Of a DNA stretch of 64,000 nt, positions 1 to 12,921 are shown one piece after another. The DNA lies in contig BFEA01000010.1 in the NCBI GenBank assembly GCA_003427395.1, positions 4,029,169 through 4,093,168 on the forward strand, given 5' to 3'. The stretch is from Chara braunii (lineage: Eukaryota > Plantae > Charophyceae). The notes under the pieces are model-generated. The model was not told the DNA's origin. It did not search any database and worked only from the letters and a program-made list of their open reading frames with translations. How positions within the stretch are numbered: the first letter of the stretch is position 1; each line of letters starts with the position of its first letter. The translations under genes were made by a program, and so were the position numbers.

Positions 1-48
1 CATTCTTGAATTTTCAGCTAACCGATAACCGCTTGTGAACTTACAGGG

Positions 49-552
49 ATGACAGAAGCAACACTCGACGTTTGGAGCCGAGAGGGTCGATGGCAAGAAG
101 CGATGAAAGTTATAAAGGAAATCAAAATGCATCCGATCGAAGACTTTGTTCTTTCGATCCGCTACATTAGAACCACACTCCCTGATTTCATTATGAATGA
201 GGCGTTTAATGGTCAAGAAATAATAGAGTTGGCCGCTGAAGCCACACTAAGAGTACCTAATAAAGGATACGATTTCTCCACCCCTCATATGATCTACTGT
301 CTATATCTGGAGATGGGGCCCGAACTAGCTGAAAGTGATTTTAGCAACATTTTGTCCATCATAGACGCATATGCCCGAACTTACTTTATTGAGGAAAAAT
401 TTGGGCATTGGAAAAAACTGAAGGAGGAAGTACGTACGAAGATCTGCGTGGATGGTATTCCCGTTATGTTTGACTTGGTCTATAACTTCTGGTCTGGGGA
501 TTGGGTAACGGTAAGTGAAATGGAAGAAGAAGAGAGAGGGTTTGTATTCTAA
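49..552 (+). CDS. Accessory ORF A upstream of gag, unknown function (167 aa)
   Basis: Intact ATG-TAA ORF preceded by acceptor-like TTACAG. Clearly paralogous to 1071-1646 (TLPDFI..E.F.G, TP..Y.LYL.M.PELA..DF..ILS, C.DGIP..F..VY..W..DWV). Confidence 0.7.
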   Translation: MTEATLDVWSREGRWQEAMKVIKEIKMHPIEDFVLSIRYIRTTLPDFIMNEAFNGQEIIELAAEATLRVPNKGYDFSTPHMIYCLYLEMGPELAESDFSNILSIIDAYARTYFIEEKFGHWKKLKEEVRTKICVDGIPVMFDLVYNFWSGDWVTVSEMEEEERGFVF

Positions 553-1070
553 GAATGATAAGGCAGGATGACGGGATGATAAGAAAGCATAAGGGACAAA
601 ACGGGGAAGAAGAGAAAACTGAAAGGAAGCAATTGCTTGTCTAAAGTTGATCGAGGAGGAAGACGTAATGAATAAGTGTACTGAGAGGGGAAAAATGTAG
701 GATATGAAGAAATAGGAAGCCTTAGGCTAAAAACGTTCATATCTCAGACAGACTTTAAAAAGAAAAATAAAGAAAGGATATGTTGGTACTAAATAAGACT
801 CACATATAAATATTGTGTATTTTTTTGTCTCTCCTTTTGCATCGCTCAGACCACCGGAGATCGCCCAAGATGTCGTATGCCAACCAGGGATTTGCGGTTG
901 AGCTCCCCATTCGTACTCAATAAGGGTTGAAGATGTCACTACCTAGAGGTCTAAGTGAAAGAGAAGAGGAGATCACCGTATGGTGGGGCACATCGATCGG
1001 ACCCGAAGCATTCGTATGGGTAGAAATTGGACACACTCTCGATCGAGAGAGTATAATAGTATGAGCAACC

Positions 1071-1646
1071 TTGTATCTTTCATCACATCTATGGAGGATG
1101 CATGGGGTAGACCTGGCAGTACGACATAGTCAACCTCTATCACGATACATCTTAATTACTGGGACAATCCTTGATGACAAACTTCGAGAGACAAACTGGG
1201 GGGAGTTCCGATTGGTCATACTGATGATAGAAGCAAAGTGGGCATCAAATTTTGTGTATCCCACCGACTATATAATAGTCACTCTTCCAGACTTCATCAT
1301 TGATGAAGTTTTCAAAGGACACGTAAACGTGGAACAAGCATCTTTGGCAGCCCTAGCGGCGCCTCAGGGAAGCTGTGAATTTTTCACACCTCAAACGCTT
1401 TATTCCCTATATTTGAAAATGTGACCAGAATTGGCTAATAGGGACTTCGAGGAAATCCTATCCACGGTAAATGCTTATATCTGCGTCCATTTCATGGAGC
1501 CAAGGCAGACGTATTGGGAAAGACTCAAAGCGGGGCTAAAAATCAGGGCATGCATTGACGGTATTCCTATAATTTTTGGGATGGTGTATGACTCGTGGAT
1601 GAGAGACTGGGTGTCCGCCGAAGAAATTGGAAGAGTGCAGTGGTAA
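1071..1646 (+). pseudogene. Accessory ORF B, paralog of ORF A, one in-frame stop
   Basis: ORFs 1071-1424 and 1431-1646 share a frame. The TGA at 1422-1424 aligns to G of MGPELA in ORF A (M*PELANRDF vs MGPELAESDF). Confidence 0.75.
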
Positions 1647-1927
1647 AGAAAATCCAGAAAAATGTCTAGAGCCGATCTCATTTTGATCTAAAAAGTGACG
1701 GAGAGGTCGACTCGAATATTTAAAAACGTAGTAGGGGTACTACTTAAGGGCACATAAACTAGAGGGCTAGTGAGTGTCAGTTGGTGAGAAAGAGAAGATA
1801 GAAAGTCATGGAAAGGAAGCTAGAACTGTAGGTACAGGGAGCCTTGAATAACATCTTGGGGAAAAAGGAAAAAACCTAAGAAAGGAAAAATAAGACGGTC
1901 AAAGGTAACCTGAAAAATCCATCCTTT

Positions 1928-4048
1928 TTGCCGTGCAAAATAGATTTACTGGAAATTGCGGAAAAAATGAGAGACACTAATGGGACAGGAGGACAAGGGT
2001 CCATAACTGCGGCTGAGATCACGCGATTACTGGATAATAGAAGTGTCAAGAGGTCTCAACTACCCCGGATAGAAATTTTTCCCTTACAAGGAGAACGGAT
2101 GTCGCACTGGCTTGAGTTGTTGCAGCAAGTCTTCAATCGACTAACACCGGCGGAAAAATTCGCCCAACTGTTTGAATATGTGTGGTGGGAGTTTCGCCCC
2201 GAGATTGAAAAGATTGTGGCTGATGCGGAAGGGGATTGGAACAACTTCAAGAAAGAAATGCAGAGAAAGTACAAGCTGGGAGATGGGTTATTGACGATCG
2301 ATCAATTTCATAACGTCAACATGAATGATTTCACTACAATAGGAGCGTTTGCAACAATCTTCGAGAAAATGGCGGAACGAGTTCCAAGACTTTCCGAGGA
2401 GATTCAGTGTGTCATCTTTCTGGGAAAATTATCGGGCTATGAGACTATGGAATTGACCCGGGGAGGAGCACCGGGAAGAAAGACGTAAAGAGAAACGATA
2501 AAAAGAAACTTGGCATCTGGGGACTTGGACCAGGTGTTCCATCACTAAGTAAAGATGAAAAGGAAGAGAAGAAAGGGCATAGGTGTCATCCAAGGGGCCG
2601 ACTCTGCCCTAGGAGGGGTACTGAGCAGTATGGTAACTCAACTGAAAGAGTTGAAGGATAAGGTGAAATCAGGGAAGGTGATGATAGTCGGACAAACAAC
2701 GAATAAAATGAGGTATGAAGGAAAGGATGAAGGGAATAAAGAAGGGAAGAAAACTGAACCAGCAGTACAGTCTAAGAAGGTCCAAAAGCAGAACCAAAAC
2801 CAGGCATCAAGGAAGCAAGGTGCAGGAAAAGGGCAGAAATCGCAGCAAACGGTGACACCAAATGTCCCAGAAGCACCAGCCCCGACACCTCAATTTCGGC
2901 CTTGGCCGGTGGTAGCTCCTATGGGAGCTGGGCCTGGCTACTACCCCGGGAATCAGTGGCCGGGTTTCGGTCAAATTGGGATATATCCAAATTTGCCCCA
3001 AGTTCAGGGAGTTGGGGCAGGACCATCACAAGGCCGAGGAGGAGATGGGGGTCAGCCGCAACATGCTTTGCACCACAAGGTAATCAAGGTCAAAATCAAT
3101 TTCAGGGGCAGGGGCATGGATAGGGACATGGTAAGGGTAGAAATGGAGGACAAGGAAATGGTCACGGAGGAAGAGGATTCGGAGGAAGAAGAAATGGCGG
3201 ACAAGGAGGAAATTGGGGAAATCAAGAAGGTGCTCAGTCTTGATATTAGAGTCAGGTGAGCTTTAATCAGATCGGATATGGGTACAACCAAGGCCATGGT
3301 CAAGGGTATGGTCAAGGATATAACCAGAACTATGGTAGGGGGTTTAGAAGAAATGACGGGCAATGGAGCCGTAAAGGGATCGGGAGAGGCTGGATAGATT
3401 ACGACGAGTGCATATGTACGCATTGCACGATAAAAGGATATACTGTGAAAATTTGTCATGTTAGGAAGATGGATGAACAGGACGGAGTAATCACATTTAA
3501 CATAAATGGAGATATATTCGATAAGCAAGGAGTTGAGAGTCACTTTGGCTGCAGGATCAGAAGCAACCTACCAAACTCTTAGAAACTTTGTCCCGCATAC
3601 TGCAGGAAAACCTAAAGGGGGAAATGCGCCCAAGGAACCAACCCAGACTCATGTACAACCTCAAGGGGGAACTTCTATTGATATAGAGGAAGAGGAGGAG
3701 GATCATGATGAATTACTTAGGGGGGAAGAGGACAAACACCCTGAACAGAAGGCTAAGAAGCGAAAACATGATATTAAGGAAGGAAAGGAGAAGGCTGGGG
3801 AGAAGTCGAAGAAAAGATGGAGGTACCAGACGTCGATTGAAGAAGGGGTAGACCTAAAAAATCTGGTAAACAAGCTTCTTGATGGACATAACGAATTGTT
3901 GAATCTGAAGGAGATTTTGGCAACCGTATTGAAGCTCAGAGAGTTAGTAAAAACGAAGTTGGCACGAAATAGAGTAGCGACAGTGAGATTGGGGGATCTG
4001 ATTCCCAAAGAGGTGAACTGGACAATAACCGGAAGCAAGATGGAGTGA
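1928..4048 (+). pseudogene. Gypsy gag (fragmented)
   Basis: W..FKKEMQRKY capsid-like helix, Gly/Gln-rich linker, and degenerate zinc knuckle CTHCTIKGYTVKIC (~3415-3456). Confidence 0.8.
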
Positions 4049-4054
4049 AAGTCT

Positions 4055-4400
4055 GTGGGAACATGGTCCATTAATGTCAATATTAAACGGAAAGGATGCC
4101 CTGGGACGGTGGATAAAGGAGCAGAAATGAACACTATGAACTCTGAAACAGCTGAAAGGCTAGGACTTGAAATTGACAAGAGAGATTGCGGGTATCTCAA
4201 TAGGGCTAGTAGAAAATCAGGATACACTGGTATTGCATCAAATGTCGTCGTGGAAATAAGAAGTGTTAGAGTCCATTCCTGGTTCTAGATCATGCCAAAC
4301 CTGAATCTTCCCATATTACTAGGAAGGTCCTTCTTATCACGATCAGAAGCCCCCATCATGAACAAGCATGATGATACTATGTTCGTGATCCTATGTGACC
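4055..4400 (+). pseudogene. Retropepsin aspartic protease (fragmented)
   Basis: VDKGAEMNTM catalytic-like motif and ILLGRSFL motif, with a stop at 4286-4288. Confidence 0.8.
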
Positions 4401-5063
4401 CTGCCTGTGGAAACTTCGAGGTCATTACCTATAAAAATACAGGGCCCCATAGCTCGAAGAACCGGCTCAATGCTGAGTCATATACTTTTGAGGAATCTGA
4501 AAATAGCAGAAAATAATTAGAATGGGGATCTGATGAGGAAGATGAGAAAGAAAAAAGTGAAGGATTAACATTAAGTCTGGCCAACATAGACCAAGCAATG
4601 TACATGGTATCCGCTTATGATATGGCAGGACCTGAGGCAATTCGGGCATTGGCTGACAAACTGTATGATTATCCTGAAGGAGGAAGGATGAAATTGGCAT
4701 ACATGCCATCCTCTCGAGAGGAGAAAATGCAAGGACCGTATGCCCAGGCTTGCGGCCAACATTTTTTCAGGGGTAGGCCGAACCAAAGGGGGAAAATGAG
4801 GTACAAGATGGTAGACAAAAAAACCACCCAGTTCCAGTTTTAGTAACGCATGAAGAAGGGGTGTATTATGAGCAAGAGAGAGAATTGATAAGGCAAATGA
4901 GAGAGAAATGGGGAGCAACGTCCTGCCGTATTAACAAAGAGACTGAGAAAGACTTGATCATTGAAGAACCCGAGTTTTTGACTAAACAAGAAAAGACGTT
5001 AGTGATCGATTTAGTGAAGGAAAACACTGGGCCTATGCCTTCAACGATGAGCAGAGAGGAAGG

Positions 5064-5990
5064 TTGGATGTGGACAAGATAGGGATGATCCGGATCCACG
5101 CAGTCCCACATCAACCTTGGAATATTAAAGGAGTCAGATACCCAAATCTCGATGATCAGAGAAGGGTGGTGGAATACCTTGATGGAAAGATTGACTCTCA
5201 CGTAGCAGGGTTTTCTAGCGGACCTTATACCTCACCGTGGTTCTGCTTCATCAAGCCGAATGGAGTACTCAGGTGGGTGCAAGATTTACAAAGGTTGAAC
5301 GTCGTGACGGTTAGGGATGCTGGAGGATTTCCCAACGCTGATCAACTCTCTGAAGCATGTGCAGGAAGATCGATTATCTCGTTCATGGACATGTACTCGG
5401 GTTACGACCAGTTTCCAGTGTATCCAGTCGATAGACCGATGAGTGCGATGCACACTCAAAGTGGACTAATTCACATGAACGTGGCACCCCAAGGATGGAC
5501 AAATGCTGTAGCCATGGTGCAAAGAAGTATGGTGAGAGTTATGCAGCCAATCAGTCCGCTGATTACTGAACTCTACATTGATGATTTTGCTGTAAAAAGT
5601 CCGATGGTGAAAGATGAGCAAGAGGTTGTACCTGGCATAAGGAAGTTTGTTTGGGATCATGTCAATGATTTCAGAAAGATGCTTGATTTGTTACAAGAAT
5701 ACAACCTCACGACGAGCGGAGCTAAGTCCAGGCACTGCATGAGAGAGACCAATATTTTGGGGTTTGTATGCAATGAGCAAGGTCGTCGTCCTGACACCAG
5801 GAAAACGAATAAGATCCTTGAATGACCTACGCCGTTCAGGAACGTCAGCGAAGTAAGGTGTTTTCTTGGAACATGTGGATTTTGGATAATTTTCATCGAA
5901 AGGTTTGCTGCTAAGACTGAACATGTGAGGAAGTTGGTAAGAAAGAATCAGGAATGAGAATGGGGAGAGAAGCAGGAACAAGTGGTGAAA
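5064..5990 (+). pseudogene. Gypsy reverse transcriptase, truncated
   Basis: SPWF..KPNG.LRWVQDLQRLN, DMYSGYDQ, PQGWTNA and YIDD motifs; stops after 5823. Confidence 0.95.
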
Positions 5991-7170
5991 AGAAGAGGGA
6001 ATCGCCTCTCGAGTGACAGCTTCCCATCCGCACGATCACCCAAGCAACCAGTGCCTTCGTCCTTTTGAGGGAGACATCGTTGCAAGTTCTGATATCATTC
6101 GCACAGGGTCGAGACTCGGGCTACTTGAACCGGTACCCGCCTACCTACCGGTACTAGGCCTTTAAAAATGTCGACTTTTGTCTTCTTCTGCTCGACCTTA
6201 AAGTACCCGGCACGTCTACCTCTATTTGATGCGGCACCGGCCTACCTACTACTTGTACGTTTTTCTCTGCTCCTAAGTGTCGCGGGCCTCAATCCCTGCC
6301 ACTTGAGTGTTTTCTCCATTACAACCCTCAAAGTCACGGTCGCAGGTAAGTTCCGACCATTCGGGCCTTCGAAGCAACCGACGTGTCCTTAGGGGTCGGA
6401 CACACACTCAACCAAACAAATACTCAGACAGGTTAGCGTGCACTCACACGCAGATATAGAAATGGGTTCAGGCCACCAGATGGGCTGAGCCCCAATACTA
6501 TACATATATCTGGGCTGCTCTACTTCTATCCAAAGTAGGAGCTAGCTCAGTAGGATTAGGTGTAGGACTGTCAAGTGCATGGTACAGGGGACGAATTCAC
6601 CGAACCCCCTGAGCTAGCTTTTTTTGTAAGGGGGCTCCACGACATTTTCGTCCGGACTCAGGCGGCCGGGGCTCGAACCCGCAACCTCTGTATTAGGGGC
6701 GAGTTACAACGCAGGTTAGAATATAGTAAACCGACACTTGGCAGGTGGCGACAGTTAACCATTAGAAATTGTTTAGTTGTTCGTTCTTCCGTGTTCTATT
6801 TTTTATTTTTGTTTTTATTATTATTATTTATCTCTTTGTTTTCACGGTTTACTTACCATAAGTAGTACCTCAATGGATCTCCCCTAGTATTGGGGCGGAT
6901 TCGTTCGAAAGTTGTCAACAGTAAGTGCCCGCCTCGATCACAGCCCAACCAAGCCTCACCGCGGACAAGGCAGCGTGGTCGAGGGGCGTGGCGTACTCCA
7001 TAGTAAGGAGGAGAGTAGAGAGAGCGAGGAGTGGTGTGAGGGAAGAGAAAAGCATGTGTTAGCTGGCGAGGTTTGATGTGCGGAAAAAGGAGAAGAAAGG
7101 CGCGGCTAGGAGGAGAAAGATGCACAAGACGTGCCTGTGCGATTGGAAGAACGAGCGCATCAGGCGAGAG
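5990..7170 (+). repeat. LTR-like segment (5'-truncated), homologous to 28590-29700
   Basis: Shared blocks, e.g. GACTCRGGCTACTTGAACYRGTAYCCGCCTACCTACCGGTACT (~6113 vs ~28716) and CCACTTGAGTRTTT, continuing colinearly. Confidence 0.7.
6538..6625 (+). ncRNA. Putative Pol III small RNA (A box, B-box-like motif, terminal stem, oligo-T) inside LTR-like repeat
   Basis: TAGCTCAGTAGG A box; 11-bp terminal stem AGCTAGCTCAG/CTGAGCTAGCT; T7 run; architecture conserved at 29099-29185. Confidence 0.5.
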
Positions 7171-7959
7171 AATAAAGCTAAGTACAAAATCTAGAAATAA
7201 CCTACGTTACCCGATCGGACGTCCGGACCCCCCCTGACCGTCCGGGGTTGTCTGATCGGACAACCGGTCGGTCGTCCGTCCAGGGCCCTGTGTCCGATCG
7301 ACGGGGAAATTGGGGGGGGGCGCTTCCATAGGGAATCGGGGGTTGTGAGGTCGAAAAGCGGGCAGGGGCGAAGGGAGAAATTTTCTGAGGTCGGTAGGGT
7401 CTCGAAAGTGGAAAACGAAAATGGTCCGATCTGGGTCGTCAGATCTTTGAGATCGACGGCCCAGATCGAGTCGATTTCAATTTCGAATTCCCAGGTGTTG
7501 AGGCCCTCTCTCGTGCGTGACTTCGCTCAGCCCTGTCGGTGGAGTTCGGCGTTGCAGGTGCCGAACTCCGATGCCCAACAGCCGCAACCCACGTGCCATC
7601 GCCCTTCCGCACCAGGTGAGTTTGATTTCCTTCATGCCATCTCTTCCTACTCCACCTCCTCTTCCTCCTCTGCCTTCTGCTTCTTCTCTTGTCTTCCTCG
7701 TCCTCCATCTCCTTCACTTCTTCTTCCACCTCCTCCTCCTCTTCTTCCTCCTCCTCCTCCTCCTCCTCCTCCTCCTCCTCTTCTTCGTCCTCCTCCTCTT
7801 CCTCCTCCTCCTCCTCCTTCTCGTCTTCTTCTTCTTCCTCTTCCCCATCCTTTTTCTCTCCTCCTCCTCCTCTTTCTCCTCGTCATCCTCGTCATCCTCG
7901 TCGTCGCCATCCTTCTCCCCGTTGTCCTGCTCCTCCTTCTCCTCCCTTCCCCCCGTCCC

Positions 7960-8154
7960 TCTCTCTTCTTCTTCTATGTCGATGTCCTCCTCCTAGTCGC
8001 CGTCGACCTCCCCTCCCCTCCGATCGCTCGCTTCCATTAAGGCAATCAGGTGTTCATAGGCTCATAGCGATGTTGCTTTTTGATCCCTCGACGTCACTCT
8101 TCCTATCACTGTCGAGCAGAATCCACCAAAGTGTTGATGAATATCATATCAATT

Positions 8155-8205
<51 letters not shown>

Positions 8206-9043
8206 TTAACCAATCAATCTATCAACCAATCAATCAGTCAGGATCTCGTTGAATCGATTGGTTCGATAGGATCTTGATCAAGATCCTATCGAACCAATCG
8301 ATTCGACGGGATCCCGACTGATTGATTGATTGATTTGATTGGTTGATTGTATTGATTGTATTGATCGATTGATTGATTCATTGATCGATTCATTGATTGA
8401 TTCATTGATTGATTCATTGACTAAGTTGGAAAAAAAAAAAACGTTGGGGGGGTCGAGGTCACCTCGCGATGATGTTGGCGGTTATGCCCGCTCCCCATCG
8501 TAGTCGCCCTCCTCTTCTTCTTCTACCTCGATGTCCGCCTCCTAGTCCTCGTCGACCTCCTCCTCCATATCGTCCTCGTCGTCGCCCTCCTCCTCCTTCT
8601 TCTCCTCCTCCTCGTCCTTGTCCTCTTCTTCTTCCTCTTCCCTATCGTCCTTCTCCTTCTCCTCATCCTCGTCCTCGTCGTCGTCATCCTCCACCTCATT
8701 ACCCTCCTCCTACTCCTCCCCCTCCTCAGACTCCTCCTCCTCAGGCTCCTCAGGCTCCTCTGGCNNNNNNNNNNNNNNNNNNNNNNNNNNNNNNNNNNNN
8801 NNNNNNNNNNNNNNNNNNNNNNNNNNNNNNNNNNNNNNNNNNNNNNNNNNNNNNNCCCCCCCTCTTCTTCTTCTACGTCGATGCCCTCCTCCTAGTCGCT
8901 GTCGACCTCCCTTCCCCTCCGGTCGCTCGCTTCCCTTGTGGCACTCAGGCATTCATAGCGACATTGTTTTTTTATCCCTCGACGCCGCACTTCCTATCAC
9001 TGTCGAGCAGAATCCACCAAAGTGTTGATGAACATCATACCAA

Positions 9044-9082
<39 letters not shown>

Positions 9083-9368
9083 ATCAACCAATCAATCAAT
9101 CAATCAATAAATTAATCAATACAATCAACCAATCAATCTATCAATCAATCAATCAGTTGGGATCCGGTCGAATCGATTGGTTCGATAGGACCTTGATCAA
9201 TATCCTATCAAACCAATCGATTCGACGAGATCCCGACTGATCGATTGATTGATAGATTGATCGATTGGTTCGATAGGATCTTGATCAAGATCCTATCGAA
9301 CCAATTGATTCGATGGGATCCCGACTGATTGATTGATTGATAGATTGATTGGTTGATTTGATTGATTA

Positions 9369-9413
<45 letters not shown>

Positions 9414-9790
9414 CCGAGTTGGAAAAAAACAAACGTTGGGGGGGTCGAGGTCACCTCGAGGTGATGTTGGCGGTTCTGTCCGCGCCCCATTGTCGCCGCC
9501 CTCCTCCTCTTCTTCGTCTACCTCGATGTCCTCCTCCTAGTCCTCGTCGACCTCCTCCTCCATATCGTCCTCGTCGTCCTCTTCCTCGTCCTTCTTCTCC
9601 TCCTCCTCATTCTCGTCCCCTTCTTCTTCCTCTTCCCCATCCTCCTTGTCCTCCTCCCCCTCCTCTTCTTACTCATCTTCCTCGTCCTCGTCGTCGTCAT
9701 CCTCAGCCTCATTACCCTCCTCCTACTCCTCCTCCTCCCCTAACTCCTCCTCAGGCTCCTCCTCCTCCCCCCCCCCTCCTCCCCCCCTCT
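7960..9790. repeat. ~900-bp tandem duplication of a (CCT)n / (AATC)n-palindrome-(GATT)n / (CCT)n module
   Basis: 7960-8760 is repeated at 8856-9790. Contains a 54-bp perfect palindrome at 8251-8304, with related copies at ~9170-9225 and ~9262-9312. Confidence 0.85.
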
Positions 9791-9839
9791 TTTGCCACGA
9801 CAGGTTCCCCTACTTGCACCTACAACGTGCGCAAGACTA

Positions 9840-11320
9840 ACGGGTCTTCAAAGGCTGTCGTGAACAATGTTGGGGTGCACGGGGCAGAGTAGAGGGTGCA
9901 GGATAGCATAGGTGATAGGTCAGCTCAGGCAACGGACCGAAGGCCACAACACAGGGACAACGTGGAACAGGTGGCATATCAGCATGCAAAGTGTCTGGGG
10001 GTTAGACATACCATCGTGCAGACGGTGGATGAGGTAGTACAGGACTTGCCGGGCCAGAGGGTTGAACAGAGGGTTGATCATAGCGCACATCGGAGATTGG
10101 ACGAGAGAGCACATCCGCCGGACAGGGAGGGCATTCCTCTCATGGTCGTGTAGACTGCAGAGCAGCGTGTGGGGGTGGGTTTGGCTGCGACTGTGGAGCA
10201 GAGGGCGAAGCAAAGGGTACATCCATGTGTTGCCTTAGGTGCAGATCCTAGGGTGGAGCAGAGGGTGGAGCAGAGGGTGGAGCAGAAGGTCGAAGTTAGG
10301 GTGGATGTTGCTGTGGAGCACCACATGGACCAAGGGAGATCAGACATCGTATGCGAGAGAGTGGGCGAGAGGATTGACGAGAGTGTCGTCGGAGATGAGG
10401 GCGGTGTGATGGTGTAGGAGAGGATAGAGGATAGGGATAGGGAACCCCCGCAGGAGAGTAGTGTGCGAGACATCTCACTCACCGGAACTTCGTTCTACGG
10501 GATTCCCCCGCTACCCCCACGTGTTGCACAGTCCTCTCAGGGGGTGGATCTTGGTGTACGTGGCATGTCGCCACCACGTCGCGTGGCAGATCAGGGGCGA
10601 ACATCTAGAGGAGTTATGGGTGGTGTCGACCACGACTCCAGACAGGCGACGCAGGGAGAGGAACGCAACTTGTTATTGACGAGTCGCATACCCTCAACCA
10701 GTCCAGCAGGCATACCGCCTCGGCCCGGACTTGGAACCATCCATTCACCCCACTTATCCACGCTCAGCAGAGGCTCTAGTCTTCCCATGTCACTACGGTC
10801 GTCGTCGTCCAGGACGATTTGCACGCCCATGCGCAGTCCACTGGGGATGCCCCCACTTCCCGCACGACGACCATCAGCCATCTGCGATAATGTCAAGACG
10901 AGTCGTGCCGGCAAAGAAAGAGAAAGAGGGAGGACGACGGAGGTGAGGATCCACCCCTAAGGCGCCCCAGAGCAGGCACCAGTCGACCACGTGGCCGCCC
11001 ACGTGGCTCGTGTAGAGGACGAGGCAAGTAACAACAATCATGGGCACTGAGTGCACTGGGGGATGCTCATGCAGAGACTGTTGACCTTGAGGAAGGGGTT
11101 GCTACAGGCGGAGGTATCTAAGGGGGTATCCATACCAAATTGTGAGCCGCTGGCAGAGAGAGGCAGAAAACCTTTTCTCGCATGGTGAACGATGATCCTG
11201 ATGGTGATGATCAGGGCAACACATCGGATGAGATGTCCGACAGCGACTACGTGGACGAGACTCATCAGAGGGGTCAGGCTGAGGGAGAAGAGGAAGTGGA
11301 TGCAATGTGCATTTGGTGAG
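9840..11320 (+). pseudogene. Decayed low-complexity reading frame inside the hAT element (possible transposase C-terminal tail)
   Basis: ORFs starting at 9896, 10169 and 10463 share one frame separated by single TAG stops; EQRV repeats; acidic end. No catalytic motif recognised. Confidence 0.4.
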
Positions 11321-12100
11321 CGGGAGTGGAGCGTTGGTTGCAGCCACAGAGAGAGAGAGATTTTGTTGGTGTACTTTATTTGTTGCACTGGTAGTGCATT
11401 GCTTCTGTTTCTGTCCCATTCCGTCGACGAGCTTGAATCCGCATCAGCAATCTGCAACTTTGTTCAACGAATGTGTTTGTCAATATAGCTCGTGTGCATG
11501 TGTGTTTATTTCTGTGTGCGGTTGGCTGCTGGTGTGGGTGTGTTTTTGTGGGTGTGGGTGGGTGTACAGAGTGGGTGTGTGTGTTTGCCTGTAGATATTC
11601 TTTGTGTGTGTGACTGTGTGTATGTGTGCTCACTTGTGTGTCACTGTGTGCGTTTGTGCGTGGATATAATGTGTGTGCGTGTGTGTGCGTGTGTGTGTGT
11701 CTGTGTGTGTGCACGGATGACGGTATCACTGCAGCTGCTGCATCTGCCGCAGCGGATTGTCCACACGCTGCGTCAAACGAAGCAGCTGCAGTCACCGCAT
11801 GTGCAGCAATTGTTGACTGCAGCAGCAAACCCTCCATTTCAATCCCCCAAGCAATACATCCCCCCCCCAACACCCCACCATCACACCTCACACACCGTAT
11901 CATTTTTTTTTTCCGTTTTTGCTCAGAACAACATTAAATTTTTGGGGGGTATGCAGACCCCCCCCCATTTTTTTTTTCCGTTTTTTTTTTGGCAAAAAAA
12001 CACATTGTCCAATTTTCCGAACAACTCCCCCCTGACCGTCTCCCAGAGACGTCCGGGGGAAACGTCTCCCAATCGGATAGCTGGTCGCCTAGGAAATAAC

Positions 12101-12480
12101 TCTTAACTTCACAAGACAAAAAAATAATGTACGAAAAATGTCTTTCCAACATGTATACAAAGCTAAGTACAAAATCTAGAAATACACAAAGAAATTTTTT
12201 TGTCTAACTCTTTTATTTAGTAAAAAATTGGACAAGATCTCCTTTGGAGAAGTAGGCTTTTCAAATTTATACTAATTCATTTATGAACTCAGACAAAAGT
12301 TAAACTTCGTAAAGACAAAATTTGACTAACTTTTTGCATTTGCATAAATTTTGGCAACACTTCCTTTAGCGAAAGTGTCTCTTCAAGATTTATACAAAGC
12401 CAAGTATGAAAAATAAACTTAACTAAGAAAATGTAAAAATTGAACCAACTCATATATCTCCGGCACGTGGCGAGCATCTA
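12101..12480. repeat. AT-rich dispersed repeat, homologous in the opposite orientation to 44470-44800
   Basis: The reverse complement of 12200-12270 aligns with 44550-44622. A 25-bp direct repeat AAGCTAAGTACAAAATCTAGAAATA occurs at ~7175 and ~12160. Confidence 0.65.
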
Positions 12481-12921
12481 AAACAACTACCTATCAAAGT
12501 TGAGACTCATAACAATTAGGGTCTACATTCAACCACATGCAAATCCATACCACAATGGGTAAGTACTCTCGCAAAAAATCCAAAGTGTTTCTCACATAAA
12601 TATTTTATTTACTTCCAGTTTGACAAACCCCAACACCTTTCCTTACATATGGTATAAGAAGGTTTAAACCGCTAGCACACGATCCCGGCCTTGCAAAAAG
12701 TTTTTGTCACCACAATCAAAACTCGAAGGCGTCGCGCGGCCATGAGCGTCGTTGAAAAAAAACAGTGGCAGCCTCCGAAGTGGTGCGTGTTTCATGCTGA
12801 CACTCGCGGATTAATGTGTGGTGTACTTGTGTTTTTAGCCAAATATAAGTCATATTGCTTAACCTTTGTCTTTGTATACACAAGCAGAGGACACAACTTC
12901 TTCTTTGTTCATTAGGCAATC

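Larger units (their letters stand above)
1..7170 (+). mobile_element. Decayed Ty3/Gypsy LTR retrotransposon (extra ORFs - gag - protease - RT, internally deleted, followed by LTR-like sequence); 5' end outside window
   Basis: Domain order gag/zinc knuckle, aspartic protease, RT, with many stops and frameshifts. RT breaks at ~5990 and abuts sequence homologous to 28590-29700. RNaseH and integrase are not seen. Confidence 0.9.
7202..12092. mobile_element. Non-autonomous hAT-type DNA transposon (4.9 kb)
   Basis: 8-bp TSD GAAATAAC at 7194-7201 and 12093-12100. Ends are CTA(C/G)G...CCTAG with GACGTCCG-type subterminal motifs. The left end matches the reverse complement of the right end of the 51289-51819 MITE. 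Confidence 0.85.

Noticed and set aside
7345-9892. Pro/Ser/Leu-rich ORFs (extensin-like)
   Set aside because: These are translations of (CCT)n low-complexity DNA, open in several frames, inside a non-autonomous transposon.
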